Origin: Camelus dromedarius
Lineage: Eukaryota
DNA length: 64,000 bases
Assembly: GCF_036321535.1 (NCBI RefSeq)
Contig: NC_087437.1
Span: 115,322,001-115,386,000 of the forward strand
Direction: 5' to 3'
Part shown: positions 1 to 13,349 of the stretch, piece after piece
How the letters are laid out: each line of letters begins with the position of its first letter
How positions within the stretch are numbered: position 1 is the first letter of the stretch
Notes under the pieces: model-generated
What the model saw: the letters and a program-made list of their open reading frames with translations, nothing else
Database searches by the model: none
What the model was told of the DNA's origin: nothing
Made by a program: the position numbers and the translations under genes

Positions 1-829
1 CAGGGTCTTAAGTCTGATAGCCACGTGATGTGTTGTGTTAGTTCTCCCATGGTCTCCCATGGTAAACGTTAAGCTTGAGGAAAAGGGAATCTGGTGTTAT
101 GTTGGTGTTTAAGATAAGTTCCCAAAGAGTAAGAAAAAGAAAGAGGCTAAGCCACATAGGATTAGTGCCTCTCCCCCACCATTAGATAAATTGTTACTAT
201 TCCCTTGGGGATAAGTTAGTAAAGGTTGTGGAGAGTGGAGGGAGAGCTCAAGAGTGCCAAATCTAGCAAAGGGGAAAGTAAGTGTTCTTTCCTAACGTGT
301 TTTAGGGCAAAAGGGTATATATATCTGTATATGACTGGAGAAAGAAATACACTTTCCCACATAGCATATAGTGAGTTGGAGCATTTAGGCTGGAACTGTG
401 TTTCTGACCCTCTGTTCAGTATGCTCACGACTATGTCACATAGTCTTTAAAGGTAAATAACCATTTGTGTCTCTTGGGTTTTCCTATTTTCATAGGTTCA
501 TTGTGCAGGGTATTGCTGCTGCTAAATATTCCTGCTATTCAGAGTGTTTAAACCCTGGACCACAGTGATTTGAATGAGCAATAACACCATGTAATTTACT
601 ACGCCCACTTTGCTTTAGCTTCCAGAAGAATGTGATCAAATGCTAGTAAATGTGAAAATATTCGTATTAACATTAATATACATTTATATATTAAATGTGT
701 TTATGATATATGTGATTATATCAATGCAATATAGTATGTTTATATTATAGGTATCATAGTATTTTATATTATAACATTTAACATTGATTTAACAAATATT
801 GGAGTTCTGTTTATAGATATGTCAGAAAT

Positions 830-2090
830 GAGCAAAAACAGACAGAGCCCCTGTGTTCCAGACAGTGGGCCAGCAGTGTGAAGGCCTGTGGTGAAAAGGG
901 GCGTGTTGCGTTAGTGGAATTAATGGTGTGCCTGAATCCAGAGAAGGAAGAGGAGAGGTGGTCAGGGACTTGACCAAGGAGGGTCTGGTAGGCTGCACTG
1001 AGGCTATTGGCCTTCAAGAGCATCAAGAGGAGAGTAAAGGATTTTAAACTGAGGGGAGATAGATTAATATCTTAAAAAGAGCATTCTAGTTGCAGTGAGG
1101 AGAATGGATTTGGAGAGGATATGGCATGAATGTGGGTTAGGAGGCTGTTGCAGTATTCTCGTCCAGAGGTGATGGTGGCTTGGAGCAGGGTAACGGCTGT
1201 AGAATGGAGAAGTGGAAAGATTTGAGATACTGTGGAGGTAAAATTGATAGAAATTGTTTATGGTTTGGTGTTGGGGATCTAGGCAGAAGGCAGTGTTTGG
1301 AACTGTTCTGAGGTTTGTGTCTTCAGCAGCTTCATGGATTATAGGCCCACTCCCACACAGTGGGGTCACTGGAAGAGAAAGTTGTAGGAAGGAGAGCTTG
1401 ACTTCACTCTTGGATGTACTGAGTTGAAGTGTTCTTGAGGGATCTAAATTGGAATGTTGTGTAGGTAGTGAGTTTTGTGGATCTGGGACTCAGAGGAAAA
1501 GTTTGGGTAGGAGACGCCCATTTGGATTAGTTAACCTAGGTAATTTGAAGTTGTAGTTGTGGGTAAGCTTGGGGAGCTGATTCTCAGCTATTACTGCACA
1601 TTGGAATCATTTGAGTTTTGAAGAATTTCCGCCCCTCCAAGATATGATTTCATTAATTGGGCATTGGGCTTTTACAAGTGCCCCCAGATAGTACTAATGT
1701 GCAGCCATGGTTGAGACCCACTCGTCTAGAGAGAGCATGGGTTGAATTAGAAGAGGAACCAGTACTGAGCTTTGGGAGACGAACGGCGGCCAGTAAGAGA
1801 AGGGTGAACCCGCACGGGAGGCTGTTAAGAGATGGTAAGACAGATAGGAGGAGAACTAAGTATGGGATCGCGGAAGCAGGTGAAAGAGGGGCCAGCTGTG
1901 CCTCGTGCTGAGAAGCCGCCTGCAGTTTGGTTTTAGTAAGACGGACATCTTTTAGTTACCGTAGGGAGAGCTTTCAGTGCTAAGCTTAAACAGTTACTGG
2001 GTAGGAGTGGATTGAGAAATGTGGGTGCGGAAATGGAGACAGCTAGCATAAGCAGCTGTTGAAGATATTTGGGGAGAGAGGCGATGAGGA
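830..2090 (-). mobile_element. Ancient L2 LINE fragment, interrupted by a MER5-like element; probably resumes at about 4270-5130
   Basis: Purine-rich antisense-L2-style text, e.g. ggaggctgttgcagta...ggtgatggtggcttggagcaggg...gatttgagatac; boundaries approximate. Confidence 0.65.
1574..1722. mobile_element. MER5-like hAT-Charlie MITE
   Basis: gattctcag...ctgcacattggaatca...ctaatgtgcagccatggttgagacccact resembles MER5A/B. Confidence 0.7.
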
Positions 2091-2108
2091 GCAGAAGAGG
2101 TTTGCCAT

Positions 2109-2380
2109 TGTATTAAGACATTTTTGGCTGCAAATAACAGAAATCTCTGATTCAACTGGTTTAAATGGTGAAGAAAACTTAAACTTACCCAAGAGTTCCA
2201 GAAGAAAGTGATTCTAGGGTTGTATGTTTAGTGGCACAACAATTTCATCAAAAACCTAGGGTTTTTTCCCAGCCCCACTGTGTGACTTGGACTTCAGGCT
2301 GTCCCTTTAGGATGGCAGGATGGCTACTGTAATTCAGATACCGAGCTGGATATTACAGTCTCCAACAGAAGGATGACTCT
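2109..2380. mobile_element. MLT1 (ERVL-MaLR) LTR, split by an L1; remainder at about 3890-3970
   Basis: Starts tgtattaagacatttttggctgcaaataacagaaa; the later piece has ggtcacacgactacccctaaaccag. Confidence 0.6.
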
Positions 2381-2389
2381 TGGAAACTT

Positions 2390-3880
2390 CAAAAAAAATT
2401 TAATATAGATACTGAGAAGTGTACATTTCATAAGTGTATAGGTTGAATTTTCAGTAACCAGACAAACATAACCAGCACCCAGATCACAACCCCAGTACCC
2501 CAAAAGTTCCCCTTGTTCATCCTTCTAGTCATTACCGACTTCCTCTCCCAGGAAAACTGCTATCCTGACTTCTAATACCATAGGTTAGTTTTGCCTGTTT
2601 TTGTGCAATATAAACGGAATCATGTAATATGTGCTCTTTTATGTCTGGTTTTCAGCATTGTGTTTGAGATCCATATTGTTGCATGTAGTTGTAAAGTGTT
2701 CATCTATTGCATGAATATACCATATTTTATCCATTCTATTGTTGATGGGCATTTGGGTAGTTTCTAGTACTTGACTTTTATAGATAGTGTCATTGTGAAC
2801 ATATGTCTTCATTTCTGTTAAGTATATAATCAAGGAGTGGAGTTGATGGGACAGGAAGGTGTGCTTATATTTAGCTATAGTACATAATTTCCAACATAGT
2901 TGTACCATTTTACACTCCTTCCAGCAGCATATGAGAGTTTTGATTCCATGTCCTCACTAACACTTATTATTTTGTGTCATTTCATTTAGACATTCTGGTG
3001 GGTGTGTAGTGATACGATGCTGTGATTTTAATTTACATTTCCTTAAGTTGATTAAGAATGTTTAAGTTGAACATTTTTCATATGCTTATTGACCACTCAG
3101 TCTCCTTTGTGAAGTGCCTTTTTGAATCTTTTGCAATTTTTTTCTTTTGAGTTGAATGTCTTATTCATTGGCAGGTTTTTTTGTTTGTTTTGTTTTGTTT
3201 TTTAATTCTGGATATGAGTTGTTGGTCAAGTATATGTATTACAAATATCTTTTCACACTCTGTGGCTTGCCTTTTTTACTGTTTTCACAAATGGAAGGTA
3301 GTAATTTTAATATAGTATAGTTTATCAATTTTTTTCCTTTATGGTAAGCATTTTATGTGTTCTGATTACAGTGTTTGCTTGTTCTACAAAATGTTCTTGT
3401 TTCTTCTAAAAGCTTGATTTTTTAAAAATATTTCTTTGTCTTTTTTTTTCCATTGAAGTATATAGTTGGTTGCAGTGTGTCAGTCTCTGGTGTACAGCAC
3501 AGTGTCCCAGTCATGCATATACATACATATATTCATTTTCACATTCTAAAAGCTTGACTGTTTACCTTTGATATTTAAATTTATAGTCCATCTGGAGTTG
3601 ACTTTTGTATTTAGAATGAGGTAGGGTTCAAGGTTGATATGAATGTCCAGTTGACTCAGCCCCTCTTTTTAAGAGTATGTTTGCTCCGTGCACTACAGTG
3701 TCACCATTGTGATATAGATGAGGTGATTACATATAAGGATCTGTTCCTGATTTATATACCCTATTCTGTTCATCAGGTCTTCTATCTTCAGATAGCTTTT
3801 TTTTTTTTAAATGTATAATTTTAGTAGGTATCGCTATCTGGTAATATAAATTTCCTTGCTTTGTTCTTTGTAATTTCTTT
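2390..3880 (-). mobile_element. Old L1M (L1MB/MC-like) 3' region, antisense
   Basis: Typical motifs (ttatccattctattgttgatgggcatttggg; tacactccttccagcagcatatgagagtt); minus-strand ORF 2639..2908 resembles a decayed ORF2 C-terminus. Confidence 0.8.
3418..3543 (-). mobile_element. Young 5'-truncated L1 3' end with 14-bp TSD
   Basis: ttctaaaagcttga at 3404-3417 and 3544-3557; body similar to 19070-19165. Confidence 0.85.
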
Positions 3881-5724
3881 TTAAGAAAAGAGTGATGAGT
3901 CCCCTTAGGTCACACGACTACCCCTAAACCAGGCAATGAAGGAGAATGGGATTGCCATGATTGGCTTAAATTAATTAGAAATTAACTCTAAATCTTGTGG
4001 TAGTGAGGTAGACCCTCAAAACAAAAGTCAAGTAATCAGGTAGAGGAGGGGATAGCTACTGGGGTAGATTACCCCCAATATTAGCTTAGGGTTTAAGACA
4101 TTTTTATTTATTTGTTAAAGATGAGAGAAATCTGAGCATATTAAAATTTGATAGGAAGTTGGACAACGGTGTTAATGTACTTAATGCTCCTGAACTTTAC
4201 ATTTGAAATGGTTCAAATAGTAAATTGTACATTGTGTATATTTTACTACAATAAAAAAAATTGATGGGGCAGGTTCTTGAGAAGGAATGGCTAAATTTAC
4301 ACATGAGAGATAGGATACTTGATACTGTAAAGAAGGACAGTTATATGGCACAAGTGGAGAAATTGGCCATGTAAGGAAGAATAGGACACCTTTATTGTAA
4401 AATTTTGTAAAGGAGAAAAGGTAGGGCCAAATGTGAGTTGGTCTTTATGTTTGGTGGTAGGAAATTGAGAGAGTTCTCTTTGATGTCTCCAGTTTACTCA
4501 TTGAAGTAAGAGGTCATCTGCTGAAGGAAAAAGCAGGGGTTGGAAGTTTGAGGAAAGGACCTAAGATGTGAAATGATCACTTTACAAAGTTAGAGAATGG
4601 TTTGATCTAGAATGATTGCTTAACAATGTTGAAAGCCTTTTTGGGTTGTTGGAATCATGAGTAAATAGTGCTACCAGTATGCTCTGCTGTGTAATTTCCT
4701 CCAGCAGTACTTGGCTCTCTAGATGTAGTTATGGAGAAAGCAGAAAGTAGGAGTGATCCAGCCTTGGGTTTTGCCATACAGCAAAATGTAAACACAAGGA
4801 CAATGAAGTATAAAGAATTAGTATACATGTGAATATGAAACGATGAACCGGCGAATCTTAAGCTAAATCAATCAGGAAGTAGAAAAAAAGAGAAAGTGGG
4901 TAAGTCAGTGAGTTGGCCACCCTGAGGAGATAGCAGGAACAGGAACAAGTAAGATAGAAGGAGCTAGGTTATAGGGGAGGGAGCGAGATGCCTGAAATAG
5001 TCATCTGGGGGTTTGAACAGTTTTGAGTGGTGAGAAAGTTCCCAGGGAGGGCAGTGGTGGGCGGCTGAGCTGGGGTAAAGCAGGAGGTCACTGAATGTAA
5101 GGAAGCCAGGAAACTGTGAGACTAGGAGTTAGGTTTTAGTACTTGCCAGTTTACGAAGACTGTGCTTTGGCATAGTATCTGAAAACAGGCAGAACTGAAT
5201 TATTATCCTCATTTTACAGGTGAGAAAGTGGGCATAGAGAGGTCAGTCACTTCCTAACAGCCCCAGTGACAGTCAGTGACTGAGTTGGACTTAATCTCTG
5301 AATCATGTCCTAAATTTGTGCTCTGTCCACTATGGCTTAGCTGATGTGTTGTATGAAAGATCTGGGGGTTTTATTTTTGGAGATCAGAAGCTTGCTGACG
5401 TGCAAAAATAGAACCCAAAAAACTGTTCAAATAATAGCAAGAAGTTAGGCATAAGTAACATGGTTAGTTGTGTGCAGGAAATACTCCAGAAGTATTAAAT
5501 GTAGTTATTCCTGGGTAGTTGTGATTGTGACTCTGGGTGACTTTTCCCCTTTGTTTTACCTTTATGTATTTTCCAAATTTCCTATAATGGACAGATATTA
5601 CACAGATTAAAAAATTGAAAACTAGATTATATATGGAAAATTAAAGTATAAATATATATATGCAGTATATGATGCCTTTATTTTTAAAAGTTTGAATATT
5701 TTATTTCTTTTTTCTTTTTTAAAG

Positions 5725-5779
5725 AAATGCACTTGGTGATGGAAAGAGAGCTATTATTCTGAAGAACAATTGGACAAAG
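5725..5779 (+). CDS. TTC3: TTC3 exon (R)[21 protein letters not shown] region
   Basis: tttttaaag|A AAT GCA...AAG|gtaagt; 55 nt. Confidence 0.93.
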
Positions 5780-8700
5780 GTAAGTTTCTTTTATGTTTTA
5801 CATTGGGCAAATAGTGCCAGACAACTTTGTAAAAAATCTGTTTGCAAGATGTACATTCTCTAAAAGTGCTGGATAAAATTATGCAGAGCTCAGGAATGTG
5901 GCAGGGGAATCTTCAGTTCCATAGTCAGAAAGGAGATGTAGCTAGCACGGCAGTAAGAGGCTGCGTGTGTCTGAGGAGGTCGAGTAGCCCATAGGAATCT
6001 TGGGGCCCCTTAGTGAGTGAGATGCCGGCATCTGCACGTTCTGGGTGGATTACAGACCTCGCTGTGAAAGATGAGACTTAAACCTTAGACGGAACCATAG
6101 GAGACTATCTTCATAATCTTGAGGTGGGAAAGAATTTCTTAAATAACACAATGCACAAATCAGTGGGGGGAAGGGGGGAAACTGATACATTTGACTGTAT
6201 CAAACTTAAAAATTTCTTTGTGTCAAGACACCATGAATAAAATCATAGTCTGGGAGGAGATAATTTGTCATATGTATAATGTTTGTAAACTAATAGGGTC
6301 GTATTCAGAACATGCAAAGAACTAAAATAAATAAGGAACCCAGTAAATCCAATAAAATAAAAGCATTTCAGAGATGAGGAAACCTGAATGGGTAATAGAA
6401 ATAAACTGTATTTCCCTTCCTAGTAATTAAAATTGTAAAGAGCTAGAAACCAAGAGAGCCCAATAGGAAGCCTCCAAACAGAGCCACATGGACACCCACA
6501 GTGAAAAGAAAACTGTGATATTGTCTGAGTCCTTCAGGTTGGCAGAAGTTAAAGAGACCAGTAGTCCTGATTACTGGTGAGTTCGTGTGCTAACAGGAAC
6601 TTTCAGTAAACCAGTCACGGTTGAGTTGGTGGTGGCCAGCTTCGAGAGCACTCTGATGTGTATCTGCCGTAACTGATTCTAAGGGTGTGTGCCCCACAGA
6701 CATTCTTGCATTTGTGCACATGGTGAGAGGTGCAAGGTTGGCCACTGCAGCACTGTTTTAATGGCACAGAACTGCAAATACCTCAGTATCCATTAATAAA
6801 GTAGTGGATGAATGTGGTATTTTCACATGATCAAGTTGATACTGTGAGCTGTCTGATTGGTCTCCTGTCTTGAAAATCCGTTGTTTCTCCAACCTCATTC
6901 CTGCTCTCTTTCCGTCCACTCGGTGTTGGCCCACTGGCCTCCTCACTGTTCCTTAAACATGCCAGGCCCACTCCCAGTTTGTCCTTGCTCTCATTAGAAT
7001 GTCTTTCCCCAGAGCATGAGCTTCTCCCTTATTTCCTTTCATTATTCACTGAAATTTCTTTCCTCAGTGAAACCTTCCCTGACCACAGTACTAAAATGCC
7101 AGACTTGTCCCTTCCTTGATACTTGCTACCCTCTTTTCTCTGCTTTACTTTTGTTCCTCTTAGTATTTATCATTACTGAACATACAGTACATATGATTTA
7201 AGCTGTGTTGTTTTTTGTGGGTCCTTCAGTATAGTGTGAGCTCCCTGAGGACAGGTTTTTTTGTTGTTTGGTTCATTCTTGAACCTGGACTGCCTGAGAG
7301 CTGCCTGGCATGTAGCAAGCACTTGTGAATATTTGTTGACTTAAGGAATGAATTGAGTGAATGAGTTAACTGGCTTAGCAACGTTTAGATTTTAAAAGCA
7401 GTGTTTACATATTTTTTTTTATACCAGAGTGAGTAGAATCATGGAATTTTAGAGTCAAAAATTGTGATTCAGGTGGCCTAGGAGTGTATCAGTCTGGGAA
7501 TTATAAATTCTCCAGGTGGACTTCTGCATCCACATTTTGGAGTCACTTTTTAAACACCTGATTTTATAGACGAATTTGTTGAGTCCCAGAAAGGTAAAGT
7601 GACTTTTGCAAGGTGTCATTGCAAGTAAAAGACAAAATTGAATTGAGAGTCTGGCATTGGATATGCTTCTATTTGAAGGTGATCAGTTTGTTGCCATTTT
7701 CATTATGGGTTACTGCTGTACTTGAAACAGAATGTTTGCTGATCACTGAACCTGGCATTTGGCAGGTGCTCTATAAATTTATTTACAGAATGAATGGATG
7801 ATAGAGTTCTTAACACTGAAACCTAGACCATGATTGTGGTTTTCCAGAGAGAACTTTTGCTATTTCAATCTATTATCAACTTAGGAAAAGAATACCAAAA
7901 CTTTCTTAATTACTTTGAGGACTTTATGTAGAATGTTTATTCCTGGCTTAATTTGTTAAACATGAAATATTCACTCTTTTTTAAAAAGACTTTATGTTTT
8001 TAGAGCAGTCTGGGTTCACAGAAGAATTAAGAGGAAGATCCAGAGATTTCCTATAAATTTGCTCCCTCTGCTCCCCCCGTTCATAGTCCCCCCATTGTCA
8101 GCATCCCCCAACAGAGTGGTACCTTTGTAGGCTGATGAGCCTACATGGACACATCACAGTCACCCAAAGTCCATAATTTGTCTTAGGGTTCACTCATAAG
8201 TGTTTTACGCTCTCCGGGTTTGGACAATGTGTAATGACATGTATTCCACCATTATGGTTCATGCACAGTATTTTCACTTCCCTGAAATCCTCTGATCTGC
8301 CATCCTTCCCCCCAAACTCCTGGCAATCATTGATCTTTTTACTGCCTCCATAGTTTTACCTTTTCCACAACTTGGGATCATACAGTGTACAGCTTTCTCA
8401 GATTGGCTTCTTTCATTTAGTAATATGCCTTTAAGTTTCCTCCATGTCTTTTCATGGTTTGATATCTGTTTTTAGCACTGAATAATAATACACTGTCTGG
8501 ATGTACCACAGTTTATTTATACATTCACCTACTGAAGGATGTCTTGATCATTTACAGAGTTGGACATTTGTGAATAAAGCTGCTGTAAAAGTCTATGTGC
8601 AGGTTTTTGTGTGGACATATGTTTTCAACTCCTTTGGGTAAATACCAAGGAGTGCAGTTGCTGGATTGTGTGATAAGAATATGTTTGGTTTTTTAAGAAA

Positions 8701-11700
8701 TCAACAAACTTTCTTCCAGAGTGGCTGTAACATTTTGTACTTCCACCAGCAGTGAATGAGAATTCCTGTTGCTCCACATCCTTCCAGCATTTGGTGTTGT
8801 CAGTGTCCTGAATTTTCGTTGTTCTAATAGATGTGTAGTGATATCTTGTTTTAATTTGCATTTCCCTGATGACATATGATGTGGAGCACCTTCTCATATG
8901 CTTATTTGCCACTGTATATCTTCTTTGATGAGGTGTCTGTTAAGGTCTTTGGCCCATTTTTTACTTGGTTCTTTTCCTATTGTTGAGTTTTAAGTGTTCT
9001 TTATATATTTTGGATAACAGTCCTTTATCACGTTTATCTTTTGCAAATATTTTCTCCTGGACTGTGGCTTGTCTTCTTATTTTCTTGACATTTCTTTCAC
9101 AGAGTATAAATTTTAATTTTATTCAAGTCCAGCTTATCAGTTATTTCTTTCATTGGTCATGATGCCTTTGGTATTTTATCTAAAAACTCACCACCATACC
9201 TGCAGTCTTCTAGATTTTCCCCTATGTTATCCTATAGGAGTTTTAGGTCTTTGATCTATGTTGAGTTAATTTTTGTGGAGGATGTATTCATTTTTTTTTT
9301 TGCATGTAAATATCCAGTTCCAGTATCATTTGTTGAAAAGACTATTGTCAAAGATCAGTTGACTATATTTATGTAGGTTTACTTTTTTGTTTATTTGCTT
9401 TTTAGTGGAAATACTGGGGATTGAACCCAGGACCTTGTGCATGCTAAGCACACGCCCTACCACTGAGCTATATTCCCTCTGCCACCTTGTGTATTGTCTT
9501 TTGATGTTATACAGGATGCAGACCAATAGCCTCACAAATGTCCTCAAGAACCTTTTACTTTTGAGGAGTATAATAGGACTCTTTTGTTTGGGAATGAGAA
9601 AACCTAACTCAGATTTGGCATAAGTAGAAGATGGAATTTATTACTGGCTTATGTAATTGAAAAGTCCAGGGGTCAGCTTCAGGCATGGTTGGATCCATAG
9701 ACGTTTTTCTTTCTATTTCTCAGTGGTGCTTCCCTGTTCCTTAGCATCATTTTCAGTCTTTTTTCTCTGTGCTCTCTGTGTTCCTTTTTACGTCGGTTCT
9801 GTTGCTGTCTCCTCAAGTTCACAGATCTTTTTTTCTGCTGTGTCTAATGTGTCTTTATTTCTATCTAATTTATTTTTCATCTTAAGTGCCATAGCATTCA
9901 TCTCTAGAATTTCAGTGTATTTCCTATATATTTCATGTTTTTACTTAATGTGCTTACTTTTCCCCTTAGCTTCTTGAACGTATGAAATATATTTGTAATG
10001 GTTTTAATGTCCTTATCTACTAATTCTATCATCTGTGTCACTTCTGGCTCGTTTGTAATTCATTTTTTTCTCTTTATTATATATCACATTTTCCTTCTTT
10101 GCATACCTAATAATTTTTGATTGGATACCAAACATTGTGAATTTTATCTTGTTTGGTACTAATATTTTTGTATTTCTGTGAATATTTTTGAGTTTTGTTT
10201 TGGGATGCAGTAAAATTATTTGCAAACAGATTCTTTCGAATGTTGTTTTAAGCTTTGTTGGGCGATACCATAGTGGTATTTGGTCTAGGGCCAATTTTTC
10301 ATCCACAACTGAGGCAAAACTCTTCTGCATACTCTACTTAATACTCCGTGAATTCTGGTGTTTTCCACTCTGTTCGGTGGAGATGGGGATTATTCCTGGT
10401 CCTGTGTGAGTGCTGACTCCTGTTCTCTTTTAGTTTTTCAAGTGGTTCTTTCCCTGGTTTGGGTAGTTGCCCCATATGAATGTACTGATTGTACTCAGCT
10501 GAAGACTCAAGCGGGACTCTCTGAAGATTTCTGGAGTTCTCTGTCCAGTTTTCTTCTCTCTGGTCCTCTGCCCTGTAGACTTGAGCTGCTTTGGCATTTG
10601 TGGACTCCTAGCTCTGTCTTAACTGAGACCATATTCTCTACCTTGGGTTCCTTCTTCCTGTGCTGTGGCTTCGAAACTCCTTCAGTAAGCTGGAGCAATC
10701 ATAGGGCTTACTTTCTGTGTTTCTCATCTCTGAGGGATCACTGCCTGATACCCAGTGTCTTGTTTGCAAACCTTTGTTTCATATATTTTGTCCTTGTTTG
10801 TTTTAGACAAGAGGGTGTATCCAGTCCGTTACTCCATCTTGACCAGAAGTGGTAATTAGAGCATAGACTCTCTTGCCTTCATTTTGAAAAAGTGGAAGCC
10901 CCAAACTGATATCCTAATAACTGTTAATTCTAGTGGAAAGAGGACCTCTTTTAGTATTTAGGTAGTACACCTGTGGGATGCCTCAACCTGATCTTGGTTG
11001 AGCCATGTGCCTGCCTGTGGATCAGTTACTGTGACCTGGGCAGTGGTATATCTCCATGGATCAATCTCCAGGGTCACAGCTATGCTTCTGCTCCACCAGA
11101 CATTGTTGAGATGGGGCACTAGGGTTGACAGTCCTGCCGTTACTGTGTGGAGTAGGGATATGGGGGTGCAAAAAAGGAGGGGATGCTAGGCAGATGAACA
11201 ATATATGTGATAGAGAAGGAGATGGTGTCAGAGAACAAAACTTTCTTTTGTAATTGGGTTCAAGAAACTTTCTGAGATACCTTTAAATTCAGACAACTTC
11301 AGCAGAGATACCTGAATAAACTTTTTTCAACTGATTGAAGTTATACTGGGTTTTACAGAGTCTAGGGAAAACGACTCAGTAAAGGATGAGAAAGGTGGGT
11401 GGAAAAGAGAAAGAAATAAAGTGTTTTCTACAAATTTACCAGGTAGGGTTTATAATCTCTTATAATTTCTTACGCTGTGATCTATTTAATGCACTTATCT
11501 AGACTTTAAGTTGATACATGCTTAGTGGATAGAATTTTGGTGTTGTAGCGTATCTGTGAGATCTCTATTTTCTTATGCTGTTGGAGGAAAAGCGGAGTTT
11601 AACTAAATGCACTCTGGACTGGAATCATCGATCTGAGCTCAAATAGTCTGGCTAAGAAGTGCTCCAGAACTCCCGAGTGGGGCTGGTGCACCAGAGCCGG

Positions 11701-13314
11701 AGTCTACAGGCACTGAGCCTGCATTAGCAGAGGGCCTCTGGTTGTTTCTGACTTCTCTCAGTGGAGGGTTTATCTTTCTTAAAAGGATCACTTACTTCTG
11801 ATTTCATACTTTCTCATAGAATCAGAATGCTCTTTGTAAAATGTATAGTAGAGGAAAGAGCTCTGGACCTGGAGTCCTAAGATCCAAGCTCTTTTGTTTG
11901 TCTCTAAATAAACGTGGCAATAGGCCTCTTACATTTGTAACTTGCTTCTTAGGTGGACATACAGTGGGAGTTTGGTTTGGGAGTTGGCTAAGTTAGCCCC
12001 AGGTTTGGTAATATTAGCTTTCTAGATTAAAATGTTCATGTTTAATATAGAAGATTTCCCAGTCTGCATAAATGGAGCAGCCAGGACTATGGTTCTGCAG
12101 CAAAAAAACAAAACAAAAAAACCCAATCATTGGAATTACGAATAAATCAGTGGTTTTGGATCTTTTCTTGAAGCCAAGAACTATACTTAGAGATAAACTA
12201 CTTAAAAGCTGATTAAGACAGAGAGAAGGAAGATCTACCCTGGATACATCCCTTATCTGTGCCTGTGCTTGTCAAGGGGTTGGGAAACTACTGCACAAGC
12301 TGTTTGTTCCTATCAGCGCTAAAATTCTTTTGATTCCAAAAACGTAGGGAATGTAATGACTTAAAGACTATTATTGCCTGCAAGTATTTTGAAAAAAATT
12401 GTTACTCATTTATAATGAATTATTTTTATAGTTAACTTGATACAAAATAATGTATTTCTTTATTAGTAGAATACGTTCAATAAAGTTTGAATTATTTTCT
12501 TTGGGGAGGTACAGAAATACTGATCTCTAGTCAGTTGTTAAAAAATACTGTGATTACTGTTCATAACTTTTCACTTAGCTCATTTAGGTAATTTTATTTC
12601 CTGAGAGATAATAACATTTTATTTTTTATTGATAGGCTCCTAATCTAACATCTTAACCAGTTTTCAAGCAAAATATTTTTTCTTTATCTATTTTCTTTAA
12701 CTTAAGCATATTTTTGAGAAAAAATTAAATTTATCTTTTTGGAACAGGGTCATTATCGTTATTGTGCTGCTCTTTCTATGCTGGGGGAGTATGACTGGGC
12801 CCTGCAAGCAAACATAAAAGCTCAAAAACTCTGTAAAAATGACCCTGAGGGAATCAAGGATCTAATTCAGCAGCATGTAAAGTTACAAAAACAAATAGAA
12901 GACCTGCAAGGTATTTCACCTAAGATTCTTTTGGTTACAGTCGAATTCCCTTTAAAACTTTTGAAGGTGGGTTTCTTGGATTAATGGAGGACCATAAATC
13001 AATTCTCAGATGATTTGTACTTAATTTGTTATCTTAGTCAACTCACTTAAGTTTTTCATTTCTATTCATGTAGAATTATGTTAGTATTACATTCCAGTAG
13101 GTAATTATAAATGATTCGTATTTTTATTGAAACAGACAGCAACAAATTATTATTCTTTTGTAAAAAAAAAAATGCCTTTTTGAAGTTTTGAATGAAGTAA
13201 AGCCTTTTTGAAACCAAGTTGTTTTAAATTTTTTCCTCCATTATTATAATTACTTCCTTAAGAAAAGGCCCTTCACCGTTTGTGGCTAATTCTTAGTATA
13301 CTTAATGTGTATAT

Positions 13315-13349
<35 letters not shown>

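Noticed and set aside
8625..8912. Minus-strand ORF (also 28613..28810, 53777..53995, 57125..57418, 2639..2908) as genes
   Set aside because: These are decayed L1 ORF2 or 3' UTR fragments inside recognisable L1 copies.
9406..9477. Calling this a bona fide tRNA gene
   Set aside because: The A-rich tail and lack of an adjacent oligo-T terminator favour a SINE; kept only as a finding.
10358..10855. 165-aa + strand ORF and neighbouring hydrophobic ORFs
   Set aside because: T-rich antisense repeat sequence gives F/L/S/C-rich pseudo-ORFs, and the TTC3 frame already joins 5779>12748.
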